DNA of 64,000 nucleotides from an uncultured Verrucomicrobiae bacterium (GTDB lineage Bacteria; Chlamydiota; Chlamydiia; Chlamydiales; Rhabdochlamydiaceae): NCBI GenBank assembly GCA_963813135.1, contig CAWEXY010000009.1, positions 86,865 to 150,864 of the forward strand, read 5' to 3'. Shown piece by piece: positions 59,702 to 64,000 of this stretch (position 1 is its first letter; each line of letters starts with the position of its first letter). The notes under the pieces were generated by a model. It saw only the letters and a program-made list of their open reading frames with translations, ran no database searches and was not told where the DNA came from. The position numbers and the translations under genes were made by a program.

Positions 59702-61100
59702 GATGACCTCACATATAAACGGTTTCCTTCGCGGCGCACGACGGTAACGCCTGTACCCTTTTCAATATATTGCCCTTCGCTCATCGCTTCATAGATGGAG
59801 CCGGCTACTTGAACTTTGCCGGAGGGTCTTAAGGGGGTAAAGGCAAGGCCGATGGTGCCTTCGAAGAGGGGACCATTTCTTCATTGGCGAGGGTTTCAGG
59901 GCTGCAAAGCGCTTGAGGAGGCGGCGGGCGAGGAAGAAAATCAGGATGGCGCAAACGATAAAAGTTCCTACGATCCAGGCGAGCTGGTCGACGACGGCAA
60001 GGGCGCTTAAGTTCAGCGTCGGGAAAAATTCGACGCCGTCCAAATGAGGGACCATCATGGCGACAAGGCCGCCAACGGCAAGCAGTGCTCCCAAAATGCC
60101 GATCGAGAGGCCGGGCAGCATCAAAAGCTCTACGAGGACAAGGCCAGCGCCTAGCACAACGAGCGCCGGTTCGATCCAATGGATCGCCTCTAGGGCGAAG
60201 CGGGAGAGCAAAATAAGAATGAGGCAGGCCCCTGCTATTACGATAGGGAAAATCAGCCCGGGATGCTGCATTTCCAAATAAATGCCCAGAAGCAGCCCCA
60301 TCGTAAGGAGCGATGCGACGGCAGGATGCGCGAGGAAAGCAAAAAAGTCGATTTTCCAATCTTCGTGGGAGACAAGTTCTTTGTCAGGGATGGAAGCAAA
60401 AAAAGGAAGATCGAGAAGGGTGGGCGCTTCGGCATCGGCAACGCCCCAGCGTTTGAGCTGCTCGGCATTGAGGGTGAGGAGCTTTCCGGGCTTGGTGATG
60501 ATGATGTCTTTGGATTTCATCTGATCTTCGCGATCGAGGCGGACGATGTCGCCGCTGCGCCAGACGAGCAAAATATCTTTATCGACCATCGCCTCGGCAA
60601 GGTTGGGATCGCGCCCCCAAAAGCTGGCGAGATCGGCAAATTCGGCGCGGAGGGCCGAGTTGACTTTTTCAGAGGCTGTCGTAGAGCCGCCTTCGCCGCC
60701 CATGATGATGGGCTCTGGCGGCCCCCATGCCGGCGGTAGGGAGTGATCGCAATCGTTGACAGCTATAGGCGAGCATGGCTCCTGCAGAGATTGCCCAGGT
60801 GTTGATGTAGGCGATGACGGGAGTGTGTTTTTGAAAATCTTTGAGCATTTGCGTGATTTTGAGCGCGGCAAAGACTTCGCCGCCCGGCGTGTCGAGCTCA
60901 AGGGCGACCGCGACGACTTTTCCTTTTGCAAAATGCTCGAGCGATTGACGGACGTAAAGCACAGTGGAGGTGTCAATCGCATGATCTTTTGTCAGATGCA
61001 GATAGCCGATTTTATTGGGGCTATCTGAACGGAAAGAAATTACCGGCTGCTGAGCCTGGAGCGCTCCGAATATTAGTAATAAAAAAAGGAATACTCGCAT
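59698..61100 (-). CDS. long NfeD/YqeZ membrane serine protease-like protein, with several frameshifts
   Basis: ELDTPGGEV, WAISAGA, AEAMVD, GKLLTL.AE.., C-terminal YEAMSEG.YIEKG; reading frame breaks near 60720-60755 and 59800-59900. Confidence 0.8.
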
Positions 61101-61186
61101 AGAGGCAATTTTACGCCTTTAAGGCATTTTAACAAACCAATAAATCGATTTACGGAAAAGCGCATTTTCTCAATAATACGCGTCCC

Positions 61187-61540
61187 ATGAGCGCAACCGC
61201 ATTAGAAACTTTGGCAACCTCGGACTGGATTCCAGCGGACCCTCTCCATATTCAAGGGATTCGGGAATGCTTTCGCGTACAATTTTTTGTTTGCATATGC
61301 GAAACGTCCAAAGAAAAATTCTTACGAGCTCGCATCGAAGAGAAACGTTCGGCCGAAAAAACCCATCATTATCTAACGAACGACGAAAACAGAATATTTT
61401 TTCATACTCTCAAAATCAGCGAGATACCTACAGATCGAGTTAGGCTGTTACAAACTATCGATCCTAAAAAAATCAATGTTTGTGTAGATTTTTCACAAGG
61501 CCCACAGTCACCCAAAATTGTCATAAAATCGAAAGAATGA
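61187..61540 (+). CDS. hypothetical protein
   Basis: 117-aa ORF, no motif. Confidence 0.5.
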   Translation: MSATALETLATSDWIPADPLHIQGIRECFRVQFFVCICETSKEKFLRARIEEKRSAEKTHHYLTNDENRIFFHTLKISEIPTDRVRLLQTIDPKKINVCVDFSQGPQSPKIVIKSKE

Positions 61541-62718
61541 TTTTCTGAGCATGGTCAAGGTGCTCCTCTGTGTGAGCGCTGGAGATGAAGCAGGCCTCCT
61601 GCTGCAGGGGCGGGAAATAAATTCCTTGAGCAAAGAGCTTTTGGAACAGGGTTTTGTAGTCGGAGACGAAGAGCGTGAACATCGAGCCGATTTGCTGGAC
61701 ATTGCAGCGGGAGCGGAGCGGCTCTAAAAAACGGAGCGTTTTGCGCTCGAGCTCTTCATAGAATCCAGGCTTTTCTAGTTCGGTTAGCGCGGCAAGGCCT
61801 GCCACCATGGCGACAGGATTGCCGGAGAGAGTTCCGCTTTGATAGACGCTCCCTAGGGGGCAAGATGGTCCATGATCTCACGGCGTCCTCCGAAGGCGGC
61901 CGCGGGAAAGCCTCCGCCGATGATCTTTGCGAGACATGTCAGATCGGGAGTAATGCCAAAATATCCTTGCGCCCCATGCAAACCGATCCGAAATCCCGTA
62001 ATCACTTCGTCAAAAATGAGGACAATATTTTTTTGGGCGGTCTCTTCGCGGAGCATATGGATGAAGTCCCTGGAGGGAATGATTACCCCCATATTGCCGA
62101 CGATGGGCTCTAAAATAACAGCAGCGATATCGTCATAACTATTTAGCACTGCACGGGTCAGTTCAATGTCATTATAGGAAATAGAGATCGTGTTTTGGAC
62201 GAGTTCAGGAAGCACGCCGCTGGAGGATGCATTGGGAAGTTCGTGCACGCCTGATCCTGCGCGGATGAGAAAACCATCGGAGTGGCCATGGAAATTTCCA
62301 TTAAATTTTATGATCTTTTTCTTGCCAGTGAAGCCGCGGGCGAGGCGGACAGCGCTCATGCAAGCCTCGGTGCCGGAAGAGACAAATCGGATTTTCTCGA
62401 TGGAAGGAAGATGCTGAATGATTTTTTGAGCGAGGGAGAGTTCATAGGGGGTGGCCATACCAAAGAAGAACCGCGCGCGACTTGAGCGCAAGCGGCGGAG
62501 ACAATGCTGGAGTGGGCATGGCCTAAAATGAGAGCGCCCCAACTGCCGCAAAAATCGATATAAGATTTGCCATCGACATCGTAAATGAGATCGCCCAGCC
62601 CGCGGTCGGCAATAATAGGGGTCATTTGATGGCCGGGAAAGGACCGTACGGGAGAATTCACTCCGCCGGGGATGCAAGCACACGAATCTGCATAAATTTT
62701 GTCACTCAGTTTCCGCAC
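61521..62718 (-). CDS. hemL: glutamate-1-semialdehyde 2,1-aminomutase, with two homopolymer frameshifts
   Basis: IPGGVNSPVR, VSSGTEA, FDEVITGFR, KIIGGG.P, GTLSGNP; single-base losses at ~62465 (T run) and ~61857 (C run). Confidence 0.92.
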
Positions 62719-62773
62719 TTTTTGAGTATAAGAGTTTGATCTTCTTTTGTCTATCCTGCACAATGGTGAGCCG

Positions 62774-62966
62774 ATGTTGAAACGACTCCTATTTCTATCT
62801 CTCCTTCCAATAGCTGTATGGGCAGCAAAAGTGCCCTATTCTGTGTATTTTTTGGGTTTGGACGACAAGGAAGCCCTCAAGACGATCAAGGCCGTATCGG
62901 ATTTGACGACGCTTAGGAGCCGTCCGCCGACATCGCTCAACGCTCTTCGCTACCGGGCCGATTCCG
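62774..62966 (+). pseudogene. truncated N-terminus of a signal-peptide outer-membrane protein (TamA/Omp85-like)
   Basis: Signal peptide MLKRLLFLSLLPIAVWA, then Y.V.F.G..., PP.SLNALRYRADS; sequence character changes abruptly afterwards. Confidence 0.5.
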
Positions 62967-63012
62967 TCATAACTTATAACTATACCCTATCTTTGCCACT
63001 CATTCTAACCCA

Positions 63013-63435
63013 ATGGAAACAGAAACCCTATCATTTCCCTATAAACTGCACTTACGATTAGATTGGAGTGAAATGGATTTTTCGGACATATTAATAATGT
63101 AATGTTCTTTAAGTTCATACAAGCTTCCAGAATGAATTTTTGGGAACATGTAGGCATGAAGGGCAACTACTATAAAGATAAAATAGGCCCCATACTTGCC
63201 TCTACCGGTTGCCAGTTTAGCAAACCCCTTTTTTATCCTGATACCATTACTGTGGAGGTAGGGTTAGAATTTATTAAAACTACTAGTTTGGGGTTGCACC
63301 ACCGAATATTAAATGGCAAAGGCGATCTTTCTGCTGAGGCTCATGACGTTATAGTAATTTATGATTTCTCAAAATGAAAAAGCGCCTATTCCCCATGAAT
63401 TAAGGGTGGCTATGGAAAAGATCGAAAAGAAGTAA
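63013..63435 (+). CDS. 4HBT/YbgC-family acyl-CoA thioesterase, with two frameshifts
   Basis: RLDWSEMD.FGHINNVMFF..Q.SR, PILAS..CQF.KPL.YPD, V.YDF..K.PIP..LR; T and A homopolymer indels. Confidence 0.8.
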
Positions 63436-63675
63436 TAGGGTTATTAACAACCATTGTTTATTACTTACCCCCTGTTTATTTTATAATAACATTGGCTTAA
63501 CGTTTACGCTTTATTAGAGGCCTAGTTTTGCATTGTTAAAAATTAAAACTCTTAGCCTATGAAATCACTATCATTCAAAGTTTTCAGCAGTTTCATCACC
63601 TACTTTGCTATTTTACTTTTTTGTATTTGCTACCTCATTTTACAAGGCCTGATAAAAAACCTATAAAAAACGCCT

Positions 63676-64000
63676 ATGAGAAACATTGCAATTGAACCGG
63701 GACAAATTCCCGGATTTACAAAATTACCAATTCAGAATGCTCATAGCCTTTTCGATTCTACAGAAAAAGGAAGCGATAAGTATCTTCTGTCCTTTTTTGA
63801 AATTTTTAAGACAAGAAATGCCGGTGAAAAGCTATTCTCCTACCTCCTACGACTTGGATTAGTAAAAAATGAAGAGGGTAAGTTTATATTTATTCCTAAA
63901 ACAAGAAGCGCTATACTACCCATAGTATGCCTCTATAAGACTTTAAACGAAAAAGGCTACTTAAAAAGAATGACCCAGACAGAAGCAGGTTTTTACTTCT
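63676..64000 (+). CDS. hypothetical protein (3'-partial)
   Basis: Open frame from ATG 63676 to the window end. Confidence 0.4.
   Translation, partial: MRNIAIEPGQIPGFTKLPIQNAHSLFDSTEKGSDKYLLSFFEIFKTRNAGEKLFSYLLRLGLVKNEEGKFIFIPKTRSAILPIVCLYKTLNEKGYLKRMTQTEAGFYF

Noticed and set aside
1..64000. tRNA, rRNA, CRISPR-cas or prophage genes
   Set aside because: None recognised by eye anywhere in the window.

Overview
This window looks like chromosomal DNA from an environmental chlamydia. The hemW / CT053-like / sucA / sucB block, the plant-type fabI, the chlamydial-type adk and the holA-rsmI pair all point that way. GC-richer housekeeping genes (gatB, a TolC-MFP-RND efflux operon, xerD, adk, Fe-S genes, lpdA-sucB-sucA, hemW, holA, fabI, floA-nfeD, hemL) alternate with AT-richer effector-like genes. 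Main observations: (1) a ~16 kb AT-rich co-oriented cluster next to xerD encodes two membrane proteins, a non-housekeeping SecA-like ATPase, an LRR protein and a 2785-aa mosaic protein (toxin-like domain, Pro/Gly linker, unknown domain, ankyrin repeats, and a C-terminus homologous to a nearby 994-aa paralog); an IS630-like remnant sits at its right end. (2) Two ~166-nt rod-like palindromic MITE-type elements of different sequence are present; one is flanked by an ACTGGTAG repeat and separates hemW from its apparent original start codon. (3) A 1.48-kb insert splits the efflux operon and carries a D-lactate dehydrogenase gene fused in frame to an antitoxin-like fragment. (4) There is a tandem pair of ~930-aa proteins with variable N-termini and a conserved Cys-containing C-terminal domain, an IS200/IS605-type mini element, and three REP-like hairpins with 9-nt periodicity. 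Homopolymer frameshifts (sucA, nfeD, hemL, thioesterase) and an abrupt compositional junction at ~62,966 suggest long-read consensus errors and a possibly chimeric end. All assignments come from motif recognition by eye; no searches were run.
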